Source of the DNA: Scenedesmus sp. PABB004 | Lineage: Eukaryota | NCBI GenBank assembly: GCA_014905635.1 | Contig: JABVCE010000007.1 | Span: forward strand, 1,364,001-1,428,000 | Direction of reading: 5' to 3' | Length of the DNA stretch: 64,000 nucleotides | Part shown: in pieces, positions 37,882-51,107 of the stretch | How the letters are laid out: each line of letters begins with the position of its first letter | Numbering within the stretch: the first letter of the stretch is position 1 | Notes under the pieces: model-generated | The model's input: the letters and a program-made list of their open reading frames with translations, nothing else | Database searches by the model: none | What the model was told of the DNA's origin: nothing | Made by a program: the position numbers and the translations under genes

Positions 37882-38993
37882 ATGGCGTCCACGCCGCGCG
37901 AGCTGGCGCTCTTCTCCGCAAAGATAAGCGAGCAGGCAGAACGCTACCAGGACATGGTGGAGGAGATGAAGCGCATCGCCCAGATGGCGGGCGAGCAGGA
38001 GCTGAGCGTGGAGGAGCGAAACCTGCTCAGCGTCGGTGCGCGCCGGCGCGTGCGGGAGGCGCATGCGCGCGCGATGGGCCCCGCCCCGCCAGCTGGCGGT
38101 CAGCGGGGCCGCCCCGCGCCCGGCCCGGGGCCCGGGGCGGCGCCGAGCGGCGCCCGACACGCCGCCCGCAGGCTACAAGAACCTGGTGGGCGCGCGGCGG
38201 GCGTCGTGGCGCATCCTGCAGAGCGTGGAGCAGAGCGAGGTCGCCAAGGGCAACGAGAAGCGCGTGGCGCTGATCCAGAAGTACCGCGCCACGGTGGAGA
38301 AGGAGCTGGACGGCGTGTGCGGCGAAATCCTGGAGCTTCTCGACGGCCACCTCATCCCCAGCGCCTCCACGTGCGAGGCGAGCGTGTTCTACCTCAAGAT
38401 GAAGGCCGACTACCACCGCTACCTCTCCGAGTTCAAGACCGAGGACGACCGCAAGGACGCGGCGGAGAAGACGCTGCTCGCGTACAACGCGGCGCAGGAG
38501 AAGGCGCTCGCCGAGCTGCCGAGCACCAACCCCATCCGCCTCGGCCTCGCGCTCAACTTCTCCGTCTTCTACTACGAGGTCATGAACCAGCCTGAGAAGG
38601 CCTGCAACCTCGCAAAGCAGGCGCGCACGCGCGCGCGCGCGCGCGCGGGCGCGGGGCCGGGCGGCGCGCGCGCCGCGGCGCGGCGGGACGGCGCCGCGAC
38701 CGCGCCGCGGCAGCAGCGGCGGCGCGGCGGCGCGACGGCGGCGCGCGGCGCGCACGTGCTGGGCGGCCGCGCAGGCCGTCGATCGGGCTGGGCGGCACGC
38801 CGACGCGCGCCCGCCGCCGCCGCCGCCGGCGCGCCCGCAGGCGTTTGACGAGGCGATCAGCGACCTCGACACGCTCGGCGAGGACAGCTACAAGGACAGC
38901 GCCCTCATCATGCAGCTGCTGCGCGACAACCTCACCCTCTGGACCAGCGAGATGCAGGACCAGGAGAAGGGCGCCGAGCCCGCCAAGGCCTGA
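37882..38993 (+). CDS. 14-3-3 protein (3 exons)
   Basis: [72 protein letters not shown] and [21 protein letters not shown]. Confidence 0.98.
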
Positions 38994-39872
38994 GCGCGCG
39001 TGCACGGCGGCGGCCGCCGCCGCCGCGCGCGGGGCGCGCCGCGCGCGGCGCGCTCGCGGCGGCGGCGGCGGCGCCAGCAGCAGCGCCGCGCGGGCGGCGC
39101 TGCCGCGTGGGGGGCGGGGCGGGCCGCACGGCAGGGCGCTCGGCCCGCGGCCGCGCACTCGTGGGGTATGCGGGGCGGCGGGGCGACGGCCGTCGACGGG
39201 GCGGGGCGGGGCGCGGGGGGACCGTGAATGGGCGGGCGGGCGGGCGTGGCCGGTTCGTCTGCTCTGCTCGAGAAGAGGATCGGCTCGTTATTGGTGTGCG
39301 TTGGGTGGCGGCCGGCCGCGGCGTGTGCGTGCGAATGCCCGGGCGCCGGCCGCCCCCGGGCTGCGCGGCCGGCGCGCGGGGCGGGGCGAACGATGGCGGC
39401 GCGCGTCGCGCACCCCACCGCCGCGCATGCTGGCGCACGCGCATCCCGCACGACCACACCACCCGCACTGCAATTGGCGCGCTGCTGCCCGGCGCGCTGG
39501 CCGCCGCCGCGGCGCCCGGCCGTGCGGCGGTGGCCACCGCCGCGCGGCCGGCCGGCGCGCGCTGCATCCCATGCATGCACGTGCACGGTCTGTGGGCGGG
39601 CGGGCGGTGCCGGAGGCGGCGGCGGGGCGCGTGTGCGGCGTCGTGTGCAACCGGGTGGCGGCGAGCGAGCGCGGCGGCAGTGGCAGCGCGGCGGGCAGCG
39701 CGGCGGCGGCGGCAGCGCCGTGCGCGACAGGCGACAGGCGCGCGCAGCCGCGTAAGCGAGCGCCGGCGCGGAGCAAGGTTTTAGCATCGCTCGGCCCTCC
39801 GCGCGCACAAGCGCCGGCGCGGGCCCCCGGCCCGCCCTCTCTGCAGCCGAGCCGTTCCTGTGCGCGTTCACG

Positions 39873-40925
39873 ATGGTGAGCGACAAGAAGCCGCCGCGCC
39901 GCAGCCGGGGGCGCGGCGGGCGGGGGCGCGGGCGGGCCCGCGGGGCCTCGCGGCGGCCGGCCATGGCCGTGGCAGCGGCGGGGGCACGGCCCCGGCGGCG
40001 CGCCCCGGCGGGCGGTGGCGCGGGGGGCGGCTGATGGCAAGGGGCCCGCGCCCGCCCCGCGCCGCAGTCGAAGCGCACCAAGAAGGTCGGCATCGTCGGC
40101 AAGTACGGGACTCGCTATGGCGCGAGTCTGCGTAAGCAGATCAAGAAGATGGAGGTCAGCCAGCACTCCAAGTACTTCTGCAACTTCTGCGGCAAGGTGC
40201 GCGCCGCACGGGCCCCGCCCCCGCCCGCCCCGCCGCCAGGGGCGCGCCCGCGGGCCGGTCCACGCGCGGCCGCCGCGGCGGCGCGGCGCGGGCAGCGCGC
40301 GCGCCGCGGCGCCCGGCAGCAGCCGGCAGCGCCGGGCGCCGCTGCTGCTCCGCGCGCGCGCCGACGCCGCACCGACGCCGCGCCGCGCCGCGCAGTTTGC
40401 CGTGAAGCGCGTGGCTGTCGGCATCTGGGGCTGCAAGGCCTGCAAGAAGGTCACCGCCGGCGGCGCCTACGTGATGCAGTGAGCAGCGGCGCGCGCGGCG
40501 CGCGCGGCAGCGGGGCTCTGGCGGCGGCGGGGGCGGCAGTGGCGGCGGCAGCGAGGAGGCTCTGGCGGCAGCGGCGGCAGGGGGGCGGCAGCGATGCGGC
40601 AGTGGTGGGGCAGCGGCTGCACCGTTCGGAGCGGCAGCGGCGGCCGCCGCTCTGGGAGCGGCGGCGGTGGCAGCGGCGGCGGTGGCAGCAGGGACCAGCC
40701 CCGCGCCCGGCGCCGCGCGCCGGCAGGCCTGCGCGCTGCTCGCACCGGCGCCGACGCCGACGCCGACGCCGCCCTGCCCCGCCCCGCCCCGCCCCGCCCC
40801 GCCCCGCCCCGCCCCGCCCCGCCCCGCCCCGCCCCGCCGTGCCCGTCGTCGCCGCCCGCAGCACCGCGTCCTCTGTGACCGTGCGCAGCACCATCCGCCG
40901 CCTGCGCGAGCAGGTGGAGGCCTAA
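39873..40925 (+). CDS. RPL37A: 60S ribosomal protein L37a (eL43). The first coding exon is the ATG alone.
   Basis: [62 protein letters not shown]...|[16 protein letters not shown]. Confidence 0.98.
40776..40838. repeat. (GCCCC)n microsatellite in the last RPL37A intron
   Basis: About 12 tandem GCCCC units; G-quadruplex-prone on the opposite strand. Confidence 0.9.
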
Positions 40926-41319
40926 GCTGCTGCTGCTGGCTGTGCTGCGGGAGCCTCGCGGGGCCGCGGCGGGCGGCGCGCGTTGCAGGGGCAGCGCGCG
41001 CCGCCGTGCCCGCGCCGCCGCCGCGCGGCGGGGGGCCGCCGCACGCAGCGCGCTGTGGGGCGGCACCTCGGCGTGCGGTCGGTAACTCCGTGACGCGCCT
41101 CCGCGACGCGCCTCCGCTGGCCGGGCGCGCGGATGGGGCTGGGCCGATCCACCTCCCACGCATTCGAGCCCTGCCCCGCGACCAGGGCACCCCGCACGCC
41201 CCTGCCGCCAATCCCGGCCCGTCGTGCGTCGCCCGCCGCCACGCGCCCGCGCCAGGCCTCACGCGCCCCCAGGCGCGGCAGCAGCAGCAGCAGAGCGCGA
41301 GCCAGCAGGCGCCAGCGCA

Positions 41320-43451
41320 ATGGTGGCGTCCAGCGGCGGCCCGCAGCTGCCGTTCGTCAACCTCTTTGCAGCCAGCGCCGTGTCGGCGTGCACAGCAGAG
41401 GCGCGTGGCGCCGGCGGGCCGGGGCTGGGCGGCGCCGCTGCCGACGCCACCGCCGCACCGCACGGCGCCCGCAGGCGCTGACGCTGCCGCTGGACACGGC
41501 CAAGGTCAAGCTCCAGCTGCAGGGCAGCGGCGGCAAGTACAGGCGAGCGCAGCGGCGCCGCCAGCGCCGCCGCCGGGCCGGCGCCCGCGGCCTGGCCGGC
41601 GCCGCAGGCCGCCGCTGCTCACGCCCGCACTCGCGCCGCGCCGCGCAGGGGCCTGCTGGGGACGTGCCTCACCATCGCCCGCGAGGAGGGCGCCGGCGCG
41701 CTGTGGAAGGGGCTGGAGCCGGGTACGGCGGCGCCGGGGTCGGCGCGCGGCACGCCTTGACCCCCCCCCCTCCCCGCAGTCGCGGCGGCCGAGCGCCCGC
41801 GCCGCCGCGCCCGCCCCCGCCAGGCCTGCACAGACAAGTGATGTACGGCGGCCTCCGCATCGGCCTCTATGAGCCGGTGCGGCGCGCCGGACGAGGCGGG
41901 CGCGGCGCGCAGGGCGCGCGCCTCGCCAGCGGCGGCCGGAGGCCGGGCGCGCCGCGGTGTGCGGCGCGCGCGGCGACCGACCGGTCGCCGCCGCGACTGC
42001 GGCCGCGCCCTGGCGCGCGCCCTGCAGGTGAAGCAGTTTTTTGTGGGCAAGGACCACGTCGGCGACGTGCCGCTGCACCTCAAGATCGCGTCCGGCCTCG
42101 CGACCGGCGCGATCGCCATCACCGTGGCCAGCCCCACCGACCTCGTCAAGGCACGGCGCCGCCGGCACCCGCGGCGGCAGCGGGCGGCCGCAGCGGCAGG
42201 GGGGCGCGGCGGCGGCGGCGGCGGACGCGTCAGCGGCGGCGCCAGGAGCAGGGCGCGGCGTCGACTCGCCCCCGCCCCGCCCGCCCCGCCCGGCCCGCGC
42301 GTGCGCCGCGCAGGTGCGCATGCAGAGCGAGGGCAAGAAGGCGCCGGGTGAGGCCAAGAAGTACCCCAACGCGGTGCGCGCCTACGGCATCATCCGGCGG
42401 TGAGCGAGCACCCGCCGCCGCGGGCCCTGCCGCGCCGCGCGACGCGCCGCCGCGTGAGCGCCTGCCGCGCCCGCACCCGCGCCCGCGCGCGCCCCGCGCG
42501 CGCGCGCAGCGAGGAGGGCATGCTGGGGCTGTGGAAGGGCCTGGGGCCCAACATCGCGCGCAACGCGATCATCAACGCCGCGGAGCTGGCCAGCTACGAC
42601 CAGATCAAGGTAGCGGCAGCGGCAGCGACACAGACGCGGCAGCGCCGCAGGCCCTTGTGTTCGGACCTCGGCGGGGGCCGCGCGCGGCGGTGGCGCGCCG
42701 CGCCGCGCCGCGCCGTGCCGACCCCTAGACCCTTGGCCTGGCGCGCAGGTGTCGCTGCTCGCGAGCGGGTACTTTTCGGACAACGTCGTCACGCACCTCG
42801 TCGCCGGCCTCGGCGCGGGGTTCTTCGCCGTCTGCGTCGGCTCGCCCGTGGACGTCGTCAAGTCGCGCGTCATGGGTGCGCGCCGCGCGGGCGGCCGCCG
42901 CGCGCGGGCACGGCGCGCGGCGGGCGGCGGGCGCGGCGGGCGGCAGGCGGCAGGCGGCGGCGTGGGGGTGTGGACCCGGCCCGGCCGACGCGGCTGGCCG
43001 GCGCGCGGCCGCCCCCCGCGCGCGCGCAGGCGACCGCAGCGGCAAGTACTCTGGCGTGCTCGACTGCTTCGTCAAGACGGCGCGCAACGACGGCCTGCTG
43101 GTGCGCGCCGCACCGCGCCGCGCGCCCGCGGCGGCGGCGGCGGGCCCGTCGCGGCGCAGTATGTGCCGCCACCAACCGCCGAATCGCCGCCGCGCCGCGC
43201 CCCGCCCCCGCCAGGCCTTCTACAACGGCTTCATGCCCAACTTTGCCCGCCTGGGCAGCTGGAACGTCGCCATGTTCCTCATGCTGGAGCAGGTGCGCGC
43301 GCGCTGCTGGGGGCGGCGGCCGGCGGTCAGCAGCGGGAGCAGCGGCGGCAGCGGCCGGCGGTCAGCGGCCGGCGGTCAGCGGCCGACGCCCACGCGCTGC
43401 CGCCGCTGCTGCCGCGTACAGATGAAGATCGTCATGGCGCCGCGGTCGTGA
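41320..43451 (+). CDS. UCP1: Mitochondrial uncoupling protein (plant UCP1/2 type), about 11 exons
   Basis: Three carrier signatures ([30 protein letters not shown]), plus [41 protein letters not shown] and [11 protein letters not shown]. Confidence 0.93.
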
Positions 43452-43778
43452 GGGGCTGTGCGTGGACGGCGGCGCGGCGGCGCAGCGTGTGACCCGGTTC
43501 GACGGTCAAAGCACGCGCACAGCTCCGCCCAGCACGCCCGCACCACTCGCCGTCGCAGCGACTCGCTTAGTCGACTCACAGCGCACGGCCGCAGCCCCGC
43601 GCACAGCAGCGCCCCAGCAGCGCCGGCGGCGGGGACCGCCGCTGCTGCTCCGCTGATGGCCGCGCCGCGGCGCCAGGCGTCGCCATCAGGCGCCAGCATC
43701 GCGCCTGCTGCTGAGCGGTGCATGTAGCTTGTTGTCCCCGCAGCGGCAGGCCGCCGCCGCGCACGCGGCCGCGGCGCG

Positions 43779-46700
43779 ATGGGCGCCAAGCGCGTGCACC
43801 TCCCGCTGCTCTTCTTCCTGCTCAAGTGGCTCTTCCTTGTCGTGTGAGCTGGGAGCGCGCGGCTGCAGCCGCCCCCGTCGCGCAGCGGGCGCCGCCGCGC
43901 CAGCAACTCGGCCGCCCCGCTTGCGCGCCGTCGCAGCGTGGCCGTGGCGACGGCCTTCCTGGGCTTTGCGCAGTCGATGCTGGTGGCGTGGCTGTACCAC
44001 GCGCGCAGCCAGCTGGTGATCAACATCGTGGTGAGCCGGCACGAGGAGCCGCGCGTAGCCACCTGCGCTGCGCGCGCCGAGCCCACGCCGCGCCGCCCAC
44101 GCCGCCGCGCCGCGCCGCCGCCGCGCAGTCGCTGCACGAGGCCTGGGTCCCGCGGTTCTTCCAGTTTGCGGGCTTCAACCTCGCGCTCGCGGGCGGCGCG
44201 GCGGTGGCGCTCTTCCTCATCTCCCCCGCGGCCGCGGGCAGCGGCATCCCCGACGTCAAGGCCTACCTCAACGGCGTGGAGGCGCCCGCGTTCCGCCAGT
44301 TCTTCACGGCCAAGACCTTTGTCGCCAAGGTCATCGGCAGCGCGCTCGCGGTCGGGAGCTCGCTCGTGCTCGGCAAGGAGGGGCCGATGGTGCGGCGCGG
44401 CGCAGCGCTCGCGCGCGCGCGCAAGGCGGGCGTGCGCGCGCAACCACTCCCGCGCGCCTCGCGCCCGAGGCCGCGGGGAGCGAGGCGGCCGCTAACACCG
44501 CCGCCGCCGCGCGCGCGCCACTCCGCTGGCGCGCAGCTGCACGCGGGCTCCATCCTGGCCGTCATCCTGGGTGCGGCGCCGCGCGGCGCGCTGCTTGCAG
44601 GACGCGGCCGGGCGGGCCCGACGCGGCCGCGCGGACGTGCCGCCCCCGCCCGCGCCGCGTTGCCGCCGCAGGCAGCAGCCGCTGGTTCCAGCAGAAGACC
44701 ACGGCGGCGAGCCACTGGGGCAGCTACACGTACAACCGAGACATGCGCGACCTGGTGGCCTGCGGCGCGGCGTGCGGCGTGTGCGCCGCGTTCAAGGCGC
44801 CCGTCGGCGGCGTGCTCTTCGCGATGGAGATGTCCACGCGGTGCGTGTGTGTGTTTGGGGGGGGAGGGAGGGGGCACGGCGTGTGTGACTGGGAGGCCGG
44901 GCTGGGTGGGTGCGCGGCAGCTGACGGGAGGGAGGGCTGAGCTGAGCGGCGGCGGTGGCGTGGTCGGGGAGCCGTTCGCCGCTGAGCCTCCCGCCGCCGC
45001 CGCCGCATCCCCGCGACCGCGCGCCAGGTGGCGCAAGGAGCTGACGTGGCGCTGCTTCCTCGTGAGCGCCATCACGATCGTCGTCGTGCGCGCGAGCATC
45101 AGCGGCTGCGTTGCGCGTGGGCATTGCGCGTACCTGCAGTGGGGCAGCCTCGCCTGGTTCCAGCAGGCATACCCCACGCCATACGGCCAGGCGCGGCGCG
45201 GCACGGCGCGGCGCGGCGCGGCGCGGCGCGCGGGGCCCTCTCGCCGTCTGGCGCGCGCGTGCCGCGGCGGCGGCGCCGCCCCGCCGACACCAGGCGCGCG
45301 CGCGCCGCGCGTCGCGCCAGGTGTGGGCGTTTGTGCTGCTCGCGGTGGTGGGCGGGTGGGTCGCCTCGGTGTTCACCGCGTTCAACACCTGGGTCTGCCT
45401 CCTGCGCAAGCGCTGGTCGCGGTGGTTTAGCTTCCGCATCGCAGAGGTGCTGCCGCCCCGCGCCCGCGGCGCCCCAAGCCGCAACGGGCGGCGCGTGCGC
45501 CGGCGGCGTGGCCTGGCGCTCGCAGCGCGCGCGCTCGACCGCGCCGCCGCCGCCGCCGCCGCGCGGCCAGGTGTGCGTGCTGTCGATCGTCACGTCCATC
45601 ATCCTCTTCGCGCTGCCGCTCGGCGGGCGCTGCCACAAGTGCGAGACCTCGGACCCGACGCACTGCGTCACAGGTGCGCCGCGCGCGCGGTCTCCTCTCT
45701 CCCACGCCCCCTCTCTCGCCCCCCCCCCCCCGCTCGCTCGCGCTCGCACGCTCGTGCGCTCCGCCGCCAACCCGGCCGCCACCTCCCGCCGCCACCCGCC
45801 TGGCAGGGGCGTCGATGTTCATGACCTTTGGCGGCTACGGCTGCGGCGGCGGCGAGTACAACGACCTCGCCGTCCTCGCGTTCAACCCGCAGGCGCGGCG
45901 CGCCCCACCCCGGGCACCCGACCGACCGCGGCGCCGTGCTGCGCCAGCGCAGCGGGCACCGCGCAGGCCCGAGCCGCCCCGCGCCGCGCCGGCGCCGCGC
46001 CGCGCAGGGGTTCAAGATCCAGGCGCTCTTTGCGGCGCCGTCGGGCGCGTTCCACGTCAGCAGCCTCCTGCTCTACAGCGCGCTGTACTACTTCCTCGCG
46101 GCCATCACGTACGGTGAGGCGGCTGCGGCGGCGGCGGAAGTTGGAGGGGCGGGGCGGGGCGGTCGCCACGCGGACCGGCCGGCGCGGGCACGCGTCAGGA
46201 GGAGACCGCTTGACCGCGGCGGCGCTCGCTCGCTCGACGGCGCACGCCGGCCCCATGCGCTGTGTCGCCCGCGCCAGGCGCGTTCATCCCGAGCGGCCTC
46301 TTCACGGTGAGCCTGATCTTTGGCGGCTGCTTCGGCCGCATCTGGGCGGAGCTGCTGCTGCGCGCGGGGCTCATCGACGGCGCCGCGCCCGGCCTGGTCG
46401 GCATCTACGCCCTGCTCGGCGCGGGTGCGCCCCGCACGCTGCGGCCTGGCCTACCTGGCCGCTGCGCGCCGCGGCCTACCTGGCCGCTGGGCGCCGCGGC
46501 CTACCTGGCCGCTGGGCGCCGCCGCCCGGCCGCCGCCGCGCGCGGCTCCGACCCCGACCCCCCCCCCCCCCCCGCGCGCGCGCGCGCGCAGCCTCGTTCC
46601 TTGGCGGCCTGATGCGCATGAGCGCGAGCATGTGCCTGGTGCTGATGGAGATGACGGGCGCGCCGCACACGCTGCCCTTCCTCATGATGGTGCGCGCAGC

Positions 46701-48619
46701 ACGCGCAGCGCGGGGCCGCGCGCGCGCGTCACGTTACGTCACACCGCGCGCCGCGCCGCGCGTACACGCAGGTGCTGATCATCAGCAAGGGCGTGGGCGA
46801 CCGCTTCAACTACAGGCGCGCCACCAGCCCCGGCGCAGCAGCAGCACCAGCCCCGCGCGCGCGCCGCCCCGCCCTGCCCCGCGCCCGCTCGCAGCCGAGC
46901 GGCGCGGCGGCGCGGCTCACGACCATCGCCACTGCCCGTGATGGTTGACCGCTGCCCGCTGCCGCGTATGGCCGCGCGCCGCAGCGTGTTTGACCACCAG
47001 ATCATGCTCAAGGGCTTCCCCTTTGTCGGTGGCATCCCCGAGCACGTCATGCGCCGCGCGCACCTCGACGTGCGCCCTGCGCGCGCGTGGGGCGCGCGCG
47101 CGCTGCCGCGGCCGCGGCGTGGAGGCGCGGCCACGCGGGCGCGCACCGCCGCGCCGCCGCCGCCCGGCCGCGGCGCACAGGCCGAGGACGTCATGAGCCG
47201 CCCGCAGCCGGGCGCGACGCTCGGCGTCGCCGAGCCGCCCGCGGCGCTGCTGGAGGCGCTCGCGGCGCACAAGACGACGGCCGCGTTCCCCGTGCTCGGC
47301 CCGCCGCCGCTGGGGCAGCCCGGGGCGGCAGGGAGCTTTTTGGGGATCATCAGCCGGGCCAGGTGCGGTGCTCGCTAGCTCCGAGCCCGCCTGAGCCTCT
47401 GGGCTGCGCGCGCGGGGCCGGGCCCGTGACGCGCGGCGGCCCGCACCACGGCACCGAGCGCGCGCGCTTCACTCGCCCGCCCGCCCGCGCCCGCGCCGCC
47501 CGCAGCATCCTGGAGCTGCTCGCGACGCACGAGCGCGGCGGCGCCGCTGCCGACGGCGCCGGCGCGGACGGCGGCGCGGTGGACCTGCGGCCCAAGGTGG
47601 AGGTCGCGCCCGTGGTCATCCCGCCGGGCATGCCCCTCACCTTCATCGCCGCGCTCATGCAGGAGCAGGTGGGCCGCCGCCGCCGCGACCGCCGCCGCGA
47701 CCGCCGCCGCCGCCGCACAGCGCAGCGCAGCGCAGCGCCTTCGCGGCGCGCCGCGCGCCGCGCAGCGCCGCGCGCCGGGGCCGGGCGCCGGCGGAGCGCG
47801 CGGGCGCGCATTGAGGCCGCGGCGCGCTGCCGTGGGCGGCGCGCAGGGGCTGAACTTCGTGCCTGTCATCCGCCAGCACGGCCCGCTGGAGGGCATGGTC
47901 AGCCGGTGCGCGCGCGCGCGCGCGCGCGCGCGGCGCCAGCCGCGCGCGCCGCGGCCGGCCGGCAACGCGCGCCGCCCCTGCGCGCAGCGCCGACGTGGTG
48001 GGCGTGCAGGCGGCGCGGCTGGACCGGCTGCAGGTCAAGGCGGCCATGGCGCAGGCGGCCGCGGACATCGACGGCGGCCGCATCCTGGCCAGCATGGCCC
48101 TCGACCGCCAGACCGCGGCGCTGCGCGACGCCATCGCCGCGCCGCTGGTGCGCGCCGCGCGGCCAGCCCCGGCGCGCGCAGCGCGCGCCCGGCGCGCCGC
48201 CGACCTGCCCCACCCCCGCCTGCGCTGCTGGCTGGCCCAGCTCAAGGCCAAGGAGCTGCTGGTCAGCGACGCGGGCGAGCTCGGCGAGGCCGCCGCCGAG
48301 TGCGTGCGCCGCGCAGCTGCTGGGCTGGTCCTTGGCCCCTGCGCGCTGCGCCCGCTGCGCGTGAGCCGCCGCCGCCGCCGCTGTTGGCCGCCCGCTCGCC
48401 AGGGAGCGGGGGCCCGTGATGTACATGCACCAGGCGCCGCTCGAGGGCCTCCGGCGCACCGCCTCGTCGCGGCCGCACACGCGGCAGCCCTCGCGCCAGG
48501 CGTCGGACGGCGGCGCGGGCGCGGGCGCGCCGCGCACGGCGGCTGGCATCGCGGTCGCGCGGGAGGAGCCGCCCGGGCCGCCGCAGCGCTTCCACACCGG
48601 CTATGACCGCCTGCAGTGA
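43779..48619 (+). CDS. CLC-family anion channel/transporter with CBS domains (many exons; an alternative start at 43656 is possible)
   Basis: LKWLF, AAGSGIPDVKAYLNG, GKEGPM, RDMRDLVACG, FKAPVGGVLFAME, YNDLA, PSGLF, FLGGLMRMSASMCLVLMEMT, and CBS-like FPV and V.IPPGM segments. Confidence 0.93.
46448..46522. repeat. Three tandem 25-bp units in a CLC intron
   Basis: ggcctacctggccgctg(c/g)gcgccgc occurs three times. Confidence 0.9.
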
Positions 48620-48929
48620 GACCCCGCGGCAGGCGGTGCCGCGGGCGTGCGGCGGCCGCGCGCGGAGGCTGCAGAGGTGGGCAGGCCTGCTGGCGGCGGC
48701 GCGGCAGACGGAAGAAAGCAATGGGCCGCCTCGCGTCGTTGCCCCCCTCCGCAAGTAAACAGGCGCCGCGGCCAGCGCGCCCACCAGCAAACAAGCACGC
48801 CCCCCCCCAGCGACCTCCTCACAGCACGCCCCTCAGCCGCGCGAGTTCTGCCCTCAGTGCCGCGGCGTCCGCCTCCGCCGCTGCCGCGCGCTGCTCCGCC
48901 GCCGTGCGTGCTCCCGCTTCCGCAGCACG

Positions 48930-50919
48930 TTACTCCGCCGCCTCGGCGCGCTGCTCCTGCACCAGCTTCGCGCACTCCACGCACCGTGCCGCGCACACTT
49001 GCTGCAGCTGCAGCCACACGTCGGGCGCGCAGCCGGGGGGCGCCTGCGGCCAGGCGCGCGAGCGGGCGTGGGCGAGCGGCGCCGCGGGGTGGGCCGGTCG
49101 GCACAGGGAGGCGCTGGGCACCCAACCGCCGCCGCCAGCGGCGGAAGGTGCGCCGCCTCGCATCACCTTGTTGTTTATTTCGATGCTGGCCACCTCCTCG
49201 TGTTCGTCGTCATAGCTGCAGCCGTGGACCTCCAGCCTGCGCAGCGTGCGCAGCGCGGTGAGGTGCAGCACGCTGCGGTAGGTTAGGCCAACGTCGGTCG
49301 ACATGATCAGCACCTCCAGCGCCAGGAGCTGGGCCAGCTCCGTCCGCAGGCCATCACCAAGCAGGGAGAGCACGTTGCCGTACACGCTGAACTCCAGGCG
49401 CGTGAGGGGGGTGAGCGTGCGCAGCCCGCGCACGGAGACGCTCCCGCCACGCAGCCTGCCGGCATATTGCAGGCACTGACTCTGCAGCCCCGGGCAGGCG
49501 GCAAACAGGCTGTCCACGTCGGCCTGGCACGCGGCGCGCAGCGCGTCCGGGTCGGGGTGTCGTGGCACATCAAAGGCAAGCTCAAGGCGCTCGAGGCGCG
49601 ACCATGTGCGGCCAGTGGGGAAGAGCTGCGCGCCGGCGCCGGGCGCGACAGCGATGGGCTTGAGACCGCCAAGCAGCGCCATCTCGACGAGCCGGCCGCT
49701 CAGCGCGGCCAGGTGCCCGCAGGCGGCAGCGGGCAGGGGCATGCAGTCCATGCTACGCATGCTCAGCGCGCTCAGAGCAGTGCACGCGCCCACCGCACGC
49801 AGCAGCGCGGCGCCGTCGCCGCTCTCAGCGGCCATCAAACGCAGCTCCGCAGGCCCGTGCACGCAGCCAGCGCGCCTGCCGGCAGCTGCACATAATCTGC
49901 TTGCAGATTTGTGAGGCTGACCGGCAGCTTGGGCACAAGCTTGGCGGTCGTCGCTTGCCAGCGCTCTAGCACCAGCTCCCGCAGCTGCGCGAGCCCGCTG
50001 ATGGGCGCGATGGCTGCGGTGGTGATGACCTCGCCGATCAGCTTCAGGGCTGTCAGCTGCGTGAGCTCATCCAGCGCCGCGCCCACGCCCACGTCCACGC
50101 CCACCGCTGCCTTGCCCCACCTGTTCTGCAGCTCCAGCCGCCGCAGGCCGCTCAGCGCGCGCAGCGACTCCAGCACCGGTGCCGGCAGGAAGCACCTCAG
50201 CACCAGGCTGCTCAGCCGGCCCGCCAGCGGTGCTAGGCCGCCGCCATCCGGCGTTTCCAGCTTCAGCCAGTCCAGCTGCAGCTCCTCCAGCCGCGCCAGG
50301 CGCTGGCAGGGCAGGGCAAGGGTCGGGCACCTGTCACAACTCCAGCCGAGGGACGGGGCAACGCTCAACCTCGTGAGCTGCCCAGCGCGACGTGCCAGCC
50401 ACGCACACAGGCGGTCCAAGCGCTGCTGTTCAGCGGCCTTGACCTCGACGCTGGTCGTGGCGGCGTCTGCGGCGGCGCGCCACGTGCTGCACACCAGCGC
50501 GGCGACGCCCAGGCGCTCCGCTAGCGGCAGCTCCGCCAGCACACACACCCACAGCTCCGCCGGCAGCCCGCCTGCGACGCGCGCACCGCCGCCGTCGGCG
50601 CTGGCCTGCTGAGCGCGGGCGGCGGGGCGCAGGCGTGCATCAGGGCGGCCGCGGTGAGCACGCGCGGGGGGCAGGCGCCGCAGGCGGCAGCGCCCGCCGC
50701 TGCTCAATCGCTGCCGCCTGCCGCCGCGGCTGTGCTGGCAGGGCGCTGGTGCGGGCGCTCGGGCGCACGGGCAGCCCCCTCAGGGCCCCGAATCGCCGCC
50801 CGCCGCTCCGCCACCGCCGCTGCAGGGGGCGCGGCGGCCCGCGGCAGCAGCGGGCGGCGCCGCAGCGCGCCCTGGCCCGCCCCGCTCACCGCTGGCGTGT
50901 GGCGCGCGCCGGTGGCCAC
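48930..50919 (-). pseudogene. F-box-like/LRR protein gene, copy B, with one frameshift (could be a sequencing error)
   Basis: LPAELWVCVLAELPLAERLGVAALVCSTWR followed by LRRs. A 1-nt deletion at ~49847 gives CTG CGG AG where CTG CGG GAG is expected. The copy A ATG (19352) corresponds to GTG at 50919. Confidence 0.65.
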
Positions 50920-50952
50920 GGCGGACAGAGCCGGCGCGCCTCGGCCGCGCCG

Positions 50953-51107
50953 GGGCGAAAGCCAAGCCCCCTTGGGCGAAAGCCAAGCCCCCAGCGGCAA
51001 AAGCCGGCACGCCTCGGCCGCGCCGGGGCGAAAGCCAAGCCCCCTTGGGCGAAAGCCAAGCCCCCATGGGCGAAAGCCAAGCCCCCATGGGCGAAAGCCA
51101 AGCCCCC
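50953..51107. repeat. 21-bp minisatellite, six copies in two blocks (2+4)
   Basis: Unit gggcgaaagccaagccccc(tt/at). Each block is preceded by gccggc(g/a)cgcctcggccgcgccg. Confidence 0.93.

Noticed and set aside
50953..51107. CRISPR-like array
   Set aside because: The units are directly tandem with no unique spacers, there are no cas genes, and the context is eukaryotic. It is a minisatellite.
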